DNA from: Octopus bimaculoides
Taxonomy: Eukaryota
DNA: 64,000 bases
Direction: 5' to 3'
Assembly: GCF_001194135.2 (NCBI RefSeq)
Contig: NC_068984.1
Span: 292,439 to 356,438, forward strand
Each line of letters starts with the position of its first letter. The first letter of the stretch is position 1. The position numbers and the translations under genes are program-made. Positions 39,620 to 51,499 of this stretch are shown piece by piece. Below the pieces are notes generated by a model. That model saw only the letters and a list, made by a program, of their open reading frames with translations, made no database searches and was not told the origin of the DNA.

Positions 39620-40227
39620 TTCCTGTTTTTTCTCCTTTCACGAATTTGATTGCTGGTGTTGTTGTCCTCTGCTTATGGTGTTTCTTGAGCCTTTCCAGTT
39701 CCAGGGAGTGAGCGAGTATTACAAACACCTTAACACGGCACCACTTGTGATGTCTTTGAGTAAGTGATATTTCACCCTGACAAGAAATATTCCGAGGTAC
39801 TCCTTCCTCCACAAAGTCTACACAGCTGGTTCCTCCTCAGATGCTACCTGTGCTGGTTTGTTGGTGCTGGGAGTGTGTCAAACAGGAAGGAGGTACAGGA
39901 AAGCTTCCCAGTCTCCACAAATCTGTCCATGTGACCCCCATGTCTCCACAAATCTGTCCATACAACCCCCATGTCTCCACAAATCTGTCCATGTGACCCC
40001 CATGTCTCCACAAATCTGTCCATGTGACCCCCATGTCTCCACAAATCTGTTCATGTGACCCCCATGTCTCCACAAATCTGTCCATTTAGTCTTGGCTCCC
40101 TGAGATACCAGTTCCACAGCACATGCCATTCTTCTTTCATCCTCTTTGTGCCTACTTCTGTCCTCCTCTCTTTGATATCTGCCTTCTTCCATAGTTGGAA
40201 ATGGCAAGAACTGAGGCTCTGCATGTA
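39620..40227 (-). mobile_element. HERO/NeSL-like REL non-LTR retrotransposon, 3' part
   Basis: FQLWKKAD.KERR, AVELVSQGAKTKW, WTDLWR, DTLPAPTN, SLTQ...LAHSLELER. Continuous with 41391-42210 across the mariner. Confidence 0.7.
39911..40085. repeat. 31-bp minisatellite (about 5.5 copies) inside the HERO coding remnant
   Basis: Unit GTCTCCACAAATCTGTCCATGTGACCCCCAT starts at 39911, 39942, 39973, 40004, 40035 and 40066. Confidence 0.95.
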
Positions 40228-41390
40228 TCAGGTCATCCCATAAGTTCTGTCCGATTTTACTTTTTTAAAAATTGAATGAAATTTAATAGTATTTGAGAAT
40301 GTCCATTGGAATTTAAAATTATTTTTATGCATTTGTGTACATTTAAGCTAATTAAATATTATTTTACAGAATAATAGAATTAAAACGTCTTTGATTAAAA
40401 CCCTTTCTAACATAGAAGTATCCAAAGAGCATTTGAGACACATAATGCTTTATGAGTACAAAAAAGGAAACTCTGCAGCCGAAGCGACTCAAAACATACA
40501 CTCAGTTCATGGGAAAGAATGCTTGAATGAAAGAACTTGCAGAAGATGGTTTGCAAAATTCAGAAGTAGAGATTTCAGCCTTGATGAAGATCGAACAGGA
40601 CGTCCAGTTGAGTTTGATGATAAGCTCCTTGAGGCGTTNNNNNNNNNNNNNNNNNNNNNNNNNNNNNNNNNNNNNNNNNNNNNNNNNNNNNNNNNNNNNN
40701 NNNNNNNNNNNNNNNNNNNNNNNNNNNNNNNNNNNNNNNNNNNNNNNNNNNNNNNNNNNNNNNNNNNNGTCAAACGTCGTAAACAGTGGCTTGATAAAAG
40801 GGAAAAAGCTCAACCACAACCGAGAAGGGAACTTCACGGAGAAAAAGGTTCTTCTCTCTATCTGGTGGGATTGCAAAGGAGTAATTCACTTTGAATTGTT
40901 ACCACCTAATGCAACAATCAATGCTCAAGTCTACTGTCTGTCATTAGAGCATTTGAACCAAACTTTGAAGAAAAAAAGACCCGCTTTAGTGAATCGAAAA
41001 AGAGTGATGTTTCATCTGGACAATGCGCAATCCCACACTGTAAAGATCACATCACAGAAGATCGAAGAGCTTGGTTGGGAAAAAATTCCTCATCCACCTT
41101 ATTCTCCCAACCTTGCTCCTTCAGACCACCATTTATTTCGAAGTTTACAGAATCATTTGGGGGACATAACTTTTGCAAACCAGGAGGAAGTCGAAACTGA
41201 CATTTCAGAGTTCTTCGCTTTGAAACCAAAAGAGTTTTACATTGATGGGATTCAAAAGCTTGTAAATAGACGGAAGGAATTCATAGATAATCAGGCAAAG
41301 TACATTGATGATTAAATTTCAATTAAATATAACATTTGATCACTTGTTTTCTTTATTCAAAATTTGGACAGAACTTATGGGATGACCTGA
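40228..41390 (+). mobile_element. Mariner (Tc1/mariner, D,D34D-type) element with TIRs and TA TSD; transposase disrupted or gapped
   Basis: TIR TCAGGTCATCCCATAAGTTCTGTCC at 40228 and its reverse complement ending at 41390, both flanked by TA. HTH, WWDCKGV, FHLDNA and HPPYSPNLAPSDHHLF motifs. 130-N gap over the first catalytic D region. Confidence 0.95.
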
Positions 41391-42210
41391 TAATTCCAAT
41401 AATGTCGCATAGCTTCAGCATATTTTCAGTCTCTGCATCTCTGGTACTGGTCACCCATTTTCCACCGGAACTTGTTATGATACTTACATGTCTGACACGC
41501 TCATCCTGGGACTCTCTGTACATCATTACGACCTTGAATTCCTCCAATACGGATGACAGAGAAAGTTGGAATTGTCCAAATCTTATGCACCAGTCTATTT
41601 AACTGAAACTTGGATGGATACCCAACCCCCTTTCGATGTATTTGTTTACCTCTGTTGATGGAATAGCCTCTCCTTGCACTTGCAACTTGATTCTATTTGT
41701 TAATTTGCTTCTCTTGATCACCATACTCCTAGATTTCTTGGAGTATGGCAATCATACTTGTAGATTTCTTCATTGAAGAACTGATCCGTATGAATTTACC
41801 AAATCTAACCAGACCACTGTCAAGTCACCTTTGTTTCTTTTGGCCTCTTGGATCATCTGGCTCAGAACTCCGGTGTGTTTCAGATATCTAGAGAGACTTG
41901 GAACAACACCTTTCTGGTTAGAGCTGTTTATGTATCCATTCTCAGTTATTATGTACGAGGCCATCCTTTTGGGAGCAATACAGAAGAAGATTTACCACTC
42001 AGAAGTGAAATGGCTCAGAATTGGTTTATGGTCGAGGAGTTTTTATCCTTCTGCTTTCTTCCAGCATTGGTATCCAGATTTTATAGAACGGGCCCACTGT
42101 CTCCGAAGAATATCCAACCTTCCTTGGTCGCCATCCAGACTTTCCTGGAAGTCACTGGTTGTCCCCAGTATGGTGGTGAGTAAAATACCTGTTAACTCAA
42201 GCGAAACTTA
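41391..42210 (-). mobile_element. HERO/NeSL-like RT remnant, 5' part
   Basis: QKGVVP..., WLDLVNSYGSV (compare WLDLANAYGSVPH), SSVLEEFKV, GGKW...AE..L...DIIG. Large internal deletions. Confidence 0.75.
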
Positions 42211-42934
42211 GCATGGTTCTTGTGAACTAATCCAACATAACAGACTGTTTGTCTGTCGGAACAACAGGAGAAGAAGACAGGATTAATCACACAAAAAGTG
42301 TATTAAAAGTTAGATCAAGGATGATATATTGGGGGTTATCTCCCTTGAAATTACCTCAGTCAACTTCAGTTAATTTAATATCAATCTCTCTTTATCCTCA
42401 CCACAGACAGAGAAATTGTTTTTGTAGAATTTGTTACATATTTTAATTTTTATGTTTTAGCATTATTGTGGATAATTTAATCAATGAGACGAATGGTTGA
42501 CCCAGAGATCCAATGCTTTTGAAGTCAAACATTTTTGGGGTCTGGGTTCAGTGTCCCCAATGACTGACTCCATTTTTTCTCCATAACCTTTACACTATCG
42601 ATCATAAATTCCACACTATTCTGAAAACGGTATTATTTCGATACGAACATCATTCTTGCTGTCGACGGTGGCCGCCGCCGCAGCCGCCGCCACAGCCACC
42701 GTCTTCTAAATTAATTTTTGTCTATATTTAAAACAAAATAGTAACAGTGAATCTATTGAACATTTTGCTTTATTAAATCTATTTCATTTCAGATTTTATG
42801 CATGTGTACACACGCAGGCAGGCAGACAGACAGACACATACACACAGACATACACATACACACAGACATACACACACACATAATACATACATAATACATA
42901 CATAATAGAAAGCTCTGTGATGATAGTAACGTTC

Positions 42935-43668
42935 GATCATCAAAGCAGTTTATCATGGACCAATAGCCGGATTACTACCTCCCACTTTGAAGGGTATGTG
43001 TTTGCAATCCAGCAATAGGAAATATCAAGCAAGTACCTGGTGCACAAAAGGGATAGAGATGCAAGAAGAGCCGTAAAACGTGACGACCGATGCAGTCTTT
43101 GTAGAGTTCACACTGAAGATATCACCCACATCATAAGCAGTTGTCCAAAAATGTCATCACGGTATTATCTACCGATGAGACATGGCGTAGTAGCTAGGAC
43201 ACTCTATAATGAAATCTGCAGAAAGATATCCCTAAGAACAAAGAAATAAGAACCCACAGTATGGTAGAGGCCATAGCCACTCATAATAAAAAGGAATACT
43301 GGTGGAATGTTCCAGTGAAAACTTCAATAAAATGTAAATACAATAGACCTGATATAATGATTTGGGAGCGAAAAGAAAAACTGTGCACAGTTGTGGAAAT
43401 TAGCTGCACAGCGGATGTTAACATAAAGCTGAAGATCAGTGATAAAGAGAACATCTACGCTGAACAATTAAGACATCTACACTTACTCTATCCAGATTAC
43501 AAGTTCAAGTTTATACCTGTAATTATAAGGCTACTGGGATATGTAACACACCGCTTTAACACCAATCTTGAGAAATTAGGCTCCTCAAAACCAGAAAGGA
43601 GAAAGTTAATTTGAAGGCTACAGATCCAATCCGTCACTGGAACTGTAAAGATTTGTGAAACTTTCCAG
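42935..43668 (+). mobile_element. R4/Dong-clade non-LTR retrotransposon 3' part (CCHC zinc knuckle and REL endonuclease)
   Basis: CSLCRVHTEDITHIISSCP, RHGVVA, NRPDIMIW, VVEISC, KENIY, IPVII..LG motifs. Confidence 0.85.
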
Positions 43669-43919
43669 GGGATATTCAGCGTGACACAGTGTGACAAGGC
43701 TGACCCTTTGAATTACAGGCACAACAGAAACAGGAAGTAAGAGTGAAAGAAAGTTGTGGTGAAAGAGTACAGCAGGGTTCGCCACCATCCCCTGTTGGAG
43801 CCTCGTGGAGCTTTAGGTGTTTTCGCTCAATAAACACTCACAACGCCCGGTCTGGGAATCGAAACCGCGATCCTATGACCGCGAGTCCGCTGCCCTAACC
43901 ACTGGGCCATTGCGCCTCC
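43668..43919 (-). mobile_element. Young tRNA-derived SINE, 3'-truncated and fused to the R4 3' end
   Basis: Clear A box TGGCCCAGTGG and B box GGTTTCGATTCCC. CpG-rich and well preserved. Confidence 0.8.
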
Positions 43920-45524
43920 ACATACATACATACATACATACATACAAACAAACAAAAATACCCTGTTGTTGATGTTGAAATTCCAATGAAGGAGCCTTGG
44001 ATCTAGGTTAGAAACCGGTTCTAATCTTGAAATAAACTGACTAATGACATACATACATACATACATACATACATAAAACAAAACGTACAAATCTGCACAT
44101 ATACATACATACACACATACATACACACATACACACACACACACATACACACACACATACACACACACATACGCAAACACATACGAAGTACCTTTTGGAA
44201 ATATAATTGGTTGAAATGATTCAATGTTTTAAAAATTCTATGCCTCCAGCATGAAACTAATTCTAATGGTGGTTTAGTCGTTGAACGTTGGACGATAGAA
44301 TTTCATAGCTCTCAGAGGTGCAAAACTGATTATACTTTTATTGATAAGCTCTGGTAAAACATAAAGTTTTTTTTATCATACATTGAAAGACGTGCTGGCT
44401 GACTATAAATTCCAAAAGCATTTCGACGGCCACGTGTCTGCTTTTCCTTTATGGTTTTTATGATGATAAAATCATGCATATTTGATGTATGATGGAAAAA
44501 ATCTTGTTTTAAATGAAAGGCCGTTAATCCTTATATATGGAACTTTGGTCGGATTTCTGTTAACCTTGCTGTAATAGCAAATGTTTGGACTTACAGTCTC
44601 CATCAAGAGGGACGTTGTTGGAGTTTGTTCGGTAGAAAACGGTAGGAAGACTGTTAATAGTTTTAGTAGTTTACTAATATTTGTGCAAAACTATGAGTGG
44701 TAGAATATTAGATTTTAATATTACTTTGACTGTGTTGATACAGAAAATATTTCAGAAAGAGCTTGTAAACAATTTTAGCTACAAATGTTACTATTCCTAA
44801 GTTGAACGGCGGGTTACACCAAACGATATCTTTCTACGCTTAACAGGTATTAGATTAATATTCTACGTTTGCTATGTAATTCCTTTTAGTAAGTGTTTCA
44901 CTACAATAACGAAATGCATTGTCGAAAATCTGTTCATAAGAGAATATCCTAAGAATGTTTTTTTTTAAACTGAAAACTGTTAAAATTTGAGGTGATTGGA
45001 TTATTAATAAATGTATTGTAACTTTTCATCTGCTGTTATATTTAGACGTTTCTAGTTTAAAAGTAATATAAAGAAAATTAATAGTTTTATAACTGAGGAA
45101 CATGAAGTTTTGAAAAGAATATGGATGTTTCAGCAAAATCTATCAATAGTTTGAGAATTAAAGTTGAATAATGATAACAAGCCGTCGTCTCGATATAAAT
45201 CTCTTGAGATGCATGAGAATGCGCTCTCTAGAGTGTTTAAAATGTATAAGTAAACAATATCCCTGACTTCAATTAAATCCTTTGAGCCCATATAAACCTG
45301 GAAAGGCACATTACTTCTTAATCCGAATGCACTTGTCCTACAAGTTTAGAGGATGTCTATGTGTTTTTAAGTGTGCAATTTACGTAAATAAGTTCGGCAG
45401 CAAAAAGAAACTCTGCCATTATATGGATGCAGTGTTTTACATCATTGGCTGACTGAGTTTATATCATTCGGCAGAGGTAGATGTGAGTTAAGCAGGGACT
45501 CGCGGGGCAATGATAGCGTTTAAA

Positions 45525-45560
<36 letters not shown>

Positions 45561-47298
45561 ATGGTTCTCCTATCTGCTTTTGAATAATTAATGAGTCTGA
45601 ACGAAACGTGATTGGTGAAATTAGTTTGTGGTCTTTAAATATGAAATAGAAATCTTTGTTACAGATGGTTCGACTGCGTCTTTGTTTAATTTGCTGGCAA
45701 TTTTTAGCATTAATAATGAATATTAATGCTAAATTCCTTAATTAATTTTTTTCTTCATATAAATTCAAAATTGAATTAGTGACGAAACAGCCATTGTTTG
45801 TCTGTTGCTATTGTATAACCATATTTGAGTAGACAAAAACGTTATCACTGACTTCTAACTTTTTCGTCTTCTTCCTTCGATCATTCTAAAAAGCGTTCAT
45901 ATTTTCCTCAATTTATTAATTGCAATTAGAATGAATATTTTGTTTGTCATAAGTCGTTTAGAGGTTGGCATGCAACCTTTTGAAACTCAAATTTAATTTT
46001 CGTTTCAGCTTCACGCGAATTTTCTCCTAAACAAATCTTAGACTTTGTTGTAGAAGGTATTTGAAATAGCTTTTATTCAATACATATAATTTACATCTTG
46101 CTAGAATAATATTACAAATCCATTTATATTAAACGTCTTCTTAACACAACTTTAATCCTAATCCATTACGCATTTAAAACAATACCTTATCTTCTCCCAT
46201 AGGTCATATAATTAAAGTAAATTTAGTTCTCTCAATTCCGTAGATTCTTCATTAACTTTTGGATATTTTAATCCTAGTTTCCTCCCACCAGCAACTCTCA
46301 TTCTTGATTGTATATAGCTGCAGTGGAGTGGACTTGAAGCGCGCATGTACGACTACGGACTTCCTCTAAAGATCTTCTTTGCTGAAAGAGCTAGGCCGAT
46401 GTTGAATGTGGCAATGATAACTACTCTAGAGGTTGGTGTTCGAACCTCGCTACTGACTCCACTGATGTTTGCAGTCAAGTGTCATTTTAATGAGTTTGGG
46501 TTTGATTTTGTGAGGAAAAGGACGGAAATGAAAGCAAGACATCGAGGTTGTTACTGAGTGGTGCACCCAAATATTGCAAGGTGATTGGATATAAAGTTAG
46601 TGGCCACGTGGGAAGCATTTGAAGATCAAGCGTATCGATCACTTAAGAACAACTATTGAGATAATGTTGGATTGGCAGATCGTCTGCTGTTTAGGGGTTG
46701 GCTTTAACGGTGTCGCTTGTTGTTCAGGAGTTGACCTTCCAAAGTATCGCTTGATGGTTGAGGTGGCGGTCTTTAAATATGTTTGTCAGTTGAAGTGGCG
46801 GCCTTCCAAGGGGCCACTTGCTGTTTTAGCGGTCGACCTTTCAAGATGTTGCTTGCAACTTTCGGAAACTGCCTTCCAAGGGGCCACTTGCTGTTTTAGG
46901 GGTCGACCCTCCAACATGTTTGCTGGTGTTACGTGGACGGCTACAAATGTCTACAAATAATTTTCAGTGATATTCTCTACGAAATACTAATTCTGGCCGT
47001 GATATTGTTGCGAACAGCGCATTGAGAGTTTGTGTTTTCTTTAAAACAGAGAACTTGGTCCAAGTTGGTCCCAGTTTCTGGGAGAGAAGCCTCCGTCTGA
47101 ATTACTCCAAAGTCAGTAACGTGAGCAGTGTGTTTTGTCTATCACCAAGAACTAAGCCTTCTTCCCAACTTTCCTCAATCTAACATGCTGTACGTTGTTG
47201 TTTAACCCTTGGTCGGGGCTTAATAACATCATTTCAACCACGCCCTCCCCTCCGTCCTCTTTTAGGGTGTGTTGCATTACATTATCTAACCTTTCTTT

Positions 47299-47897
47299 GG
47301 ATCTTTTTTAAAACGGGGGCCACATTTTTCATTAACGAAACACTTTGAAACTTGGAACACTGGTAGAATGTGTCATATAAAACATCTTTTTCTCTTAGTC
47401 TTCTTAAATAAAAAAAGAAATCCCTAAGTTATTCCATGTTAAAGTTGTCGTATTTCTGTAATTTCAGCCAATCACTGACGTCCATTCAGCCGATATACAT
47501 TAAGTGCCGACTACATAAACAAACGATTCTGAAACAATTCTATCGGTGATAGGGTTAGGGTTAGGGTAAAACAGCAAATTTAAAAGGAAAAAAGCAAATA
47601 AAATGAAGAAAAAAAAAGAAAATGAAAAAAGCAAATTTAAAATGAAAAAAGCAAATAAAACGAAGCTATGGCTTAATCAGCCAAAGGAGTAAATATAAAC
47701 AACTGAATACTTGTCAGTGATTGGTTGAAATGATCGAAATAAGACAATTTTTTACATGAAATAGATTCGAATACAAAAATATTTTTCTGTTCTATAACAC
47801 AAAATAGATAAGTATACGAAGTTTGAAAGTCTTTCGGTACCAAAAACACTACGTAAAACATTAATGAAAAATGTGGCCCCCGTTTTAAAAAAGATCC
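47299..47897. mobile_element. Intact 599-bp MITE with perfect 37-bp TIRs and 8-bp TSD (Merlin-like)
   Basis: TIR GGATCTTTTTTAAAACGGGGGCCACATTTTTCATTAA at 47299-47335, with its exact reverse complement at 47861-47897. TSD CTTTCTTT at 47291-47298 and 47898-47905. GG termini with an 8-bp TSD fit Merlin; hAT/P are not excluded. Confidence 0.85.
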
Positions 47898-50800
47898 CTT
47901 TCTTTTTCTTATGACCTTCGGGAAACTTAGCTACTATTTCTAACGTGTCGACCAACCAAATAACTGTTGCCACATAGTTATCAGTGTGGATGATGACATC
48001 AACTTAACAACGAGAGCCTACGTTACTACAACCATCACTATGATGGAGGTGGGGAGACATGGCAATAAAGACAGTTTACAGCTAATAATTCTTGAATTGT
48101 CATCTCTAGCCCTCGCCTCTGTCTCTCAGTTAGGGTTGTTAACTCTTTCAATCATCTGAAACCAATAAACATCGTCGTTTCTCAATTATTCTCTCTTAGA
48201 GAATCTCAATCTTCTGCTTACAATCAAATTTCGTTTCTCCGTTTGCTGCTGCTGGTGCTGCTGTTGCTCTGCTGCTGCTCCAGATCGATATATTATCAGT
48301 GAGATCACATTAAACAGCCTATCAGATAATTGCCAAGATAATATTCGGGATTATCTGATAATAAATTGATCTGACAGTAAATTTTATATGGTTAGGGAAT
48401 TAGTTATTTATTTAGAATTCAAGAAAATTCGAACTTTCGCCGTCGCCGTCGCATCCGTTCGTTGTCGATTATTTTACCTGGTGGTGAATGTTTGATGAGC
48501 GGGTTAACGAGAGATCGATTGCATATAATAGCAAATCAGCAGGAACCAGAACTAAGAATCCAATGACGAAATTGACAGAAATGAGACGATTAACAACCCT
48601 GAACACTGGGACTTTGAAAGAATGGTAACGTGATGCCACTTTCGATTCCCTCCGATGCTTTCTCACAGCCCACCGCCATACAACAACGTCGACTGTTGTA
48701 GAATAAAGACTTTAACTGGATTTAGTTTCGTCCCTCAAGGTTCGGATTTTGAATTCTGCACGAGGATCATTGTTCCTTATATTCTCCAGAAGTCGATTTG
48801 ACGAACCTCCTCCTCCTCATCGCCACCACCAACCTCACCACTATTTTCTCCTCTCCCTGCTCTAATGACTATTTCTTATACACTACACCTGACTCTCACA
48901 GTTCCACTTATGCACGACCCAAACTCGAGTAATGCAAGTTCACCTTGGTTTACCCGTCGGACCCTTTGTAAACCAGCTGCTATTCCTTGGGTGATATTTT
49001 CACACTCTAAAACTGAGGCACAAAAATGTTTCCCCTTTTAAAACCCGAAGCAAATGCTCCACTCCAGTTTCTGAGACAAGGTTCTTCAGTCACGAAGATT
49101 GAGACTAGTCTACGACGAAAGACTGATGACTAAATGAATAAACATTATTTATGGAAAATATAATTGTCTTCCATAACAACATGGCGCTCATCTGGAATAC
49201 TCTTTTACTCGTTTCAGCCATGCGGCTGCGGTCATGCTGCAGCACCACCTCTTCATTCCATCCTGCATACTAATTTTTTCGTTAGTGTGAGGCACGAAGC
49301 CAGCAGAATCGTTACTGTGCCGGACAAGACACCTAGCGGTATTTCTTTCGGTTCTTTATGTTTTGAGTTCAAATTTTGTCGAGGTCGACTTCGTATTTTG
49401 TTCTTTCGGGGTCGATAAATAAATATTTCTTGAATACTGAGACACATGACATCGACTAATCCCTTTCCCCTAAAATTGCCGACCTTGTGCTAAAATTTGA
49501 AACCATTATTTGGCTAACGTATAGCGCTATGCTCAGTTTTTCCAAGAGGTCTGAGGAAATATCCAGATGTTTACCAGTGAATTACCATAGCATTCTACCA
49601 AAGTTCTTGTATTCAGGTTGAAACCTTCCTCATTCAGCAGTAAAAAGGCAACTCACCTCTTGGTTAGGACGCTAGTCTATTACAGATAAGTTTTCCTGGT
49701 CACCTGATATTACTTTCTCGATTGTTAGATGTTTAAAGTTTAGTGACGAATCAAAAGGCGAGTCTCTGTGTGGTGGCTCAATGTGCTAAAAGTAGCAGCC
49801 TAACGTATCTCCATTTTAAAAGTGGAAGGGCAGATTGGATAATGTAGTTCTAAATATATACACGACACACACACACACACACTCATGCACGCAGACACGC
49901 ATACACGGGATAGTCAATGCTGGAATATCTTCGATCGTATGTCTGCTCAATCTGTGTGGAACCTGGCACCTGGGCATTATATACAATAAGTTCGTTCTCA
50001 TCAAGAACTTGAAAACCAGTCTCCATGTTGGTCGTAAAACACTCCATTCATTAGTCAACCTCCATATTTAAACATCACAAGAGAAATTTCCAGTTCATAG
50101 TCAACTTCGTTCTGTTGGTATGTAGTTACGAGACACAGATTCCAGCCTCCCTCAGTTGATATCTGCTTATGTAAGAGTCACTACTTCTCATTAGACTGTA
50201 TTAATAAACATAAATAAAGCCATCTTTCAGAGCTATTAAACTACATTAACTTCCGTTATTCACTCATTCATTCTTTACTACTTAACTTCATTCATGAAAG
50301 AGTTGTATGTCAAGTTGAATTCCCACGGAAAAATAATGATTTTGCCTAAATTTTTTTGTAGGGATTGGTGGTGGATAGTATAGGGGTGAATGGGGTATAG
50401 TATAGGGGTGAATGGATTGCAGTGCAGATGGGAATGAGCTATAGTGTAGTGTATAGTGTATGAGCTAATGGCTTATAGTATAGGTGTGAAAGGGTTTAGC
50501 CCTGTGGTTCTCAAGCTGACAGCCCCTTCCACAGCAACAATATATTAGGGACATTTTCGTCCCTCTCTCGTCTTTGATAATGAAAAAAAGTAATTAGAGT
50601 TTTTCTCCAAATAATTCTTCTTTCTGTACCTTGTGGTATTCATGGACAAGCTAAGCGAGGATTAGAAACATCATAACTGTATTAAAGATGGCAATTTGCT
50701 CGTTCTCTTTTCAATGCTCACAGTCCTAACCCCATTCCGGGTGTGCCCGGTTTCCCCTATGACACATCCCAGGTTATACAATGTAGCAGTGACAAACTGA

Positions 50801-51499
50801 ATCGTCTCTGGTAACATTCAAACTCATGATGTTATGTTACGGAACTAAACACCATCAAACATTTAGTTTAGTTCGACAGGTCGCTGTTTCTACGATTTCA
50901 CTAATGTTACTCCATTAATGGAGATGAATTTTTCTTCTGAATTTACTCCGTAGCCTTGATTAATTCATTGATTTTAGTTGTGTGTTTTGGAACAATCTGT
51001 GTCAGACTTAATTTATAATAATAATAATAATAATAACAACAACAACAACAACAACAACAATGACGGCTGTCAAAGGAAAACAAGTGGAAATGATTAGAAG
51101 TGAAGAACTCAGCTGTCCTACAATACTTTATTGATATTGACAAAGTCAGAATGAAAGAAGACAAACATATCTGCGCATGTCGAGTTTGATTTAATGTTCT
51201 TTTACTAAAATATATTCTGGTCCTTCGTCTAACTCCACAGCAAAAATACAGTGTGTTTTTTGTTTGTAGCTTGTTGCTTCAAATAGCAATGACCTTGAGT
51301 AATAAACCGACATAATAACATGTCTGTTGCGTAAAACAAATGGAACGCCGCATAACCTACTGGCTGGTGGAAATGTCATTAAAATGGCGTTGTACTAACA
51401 TGAGAATTATAACGTGTCCTATATTAGTACTAAGTGGTTATACCTTGTTCCTAACATTTCTTCTTTGTTAAGCCCATTAAAATATAGAGTGGTACCTCT

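Noticed and set aside
43845-43919. Functional tRNA gene
   Set aside because: A/B boxes are present but I could not fold an acceptor stem, and the head continues into SINE body sequence.
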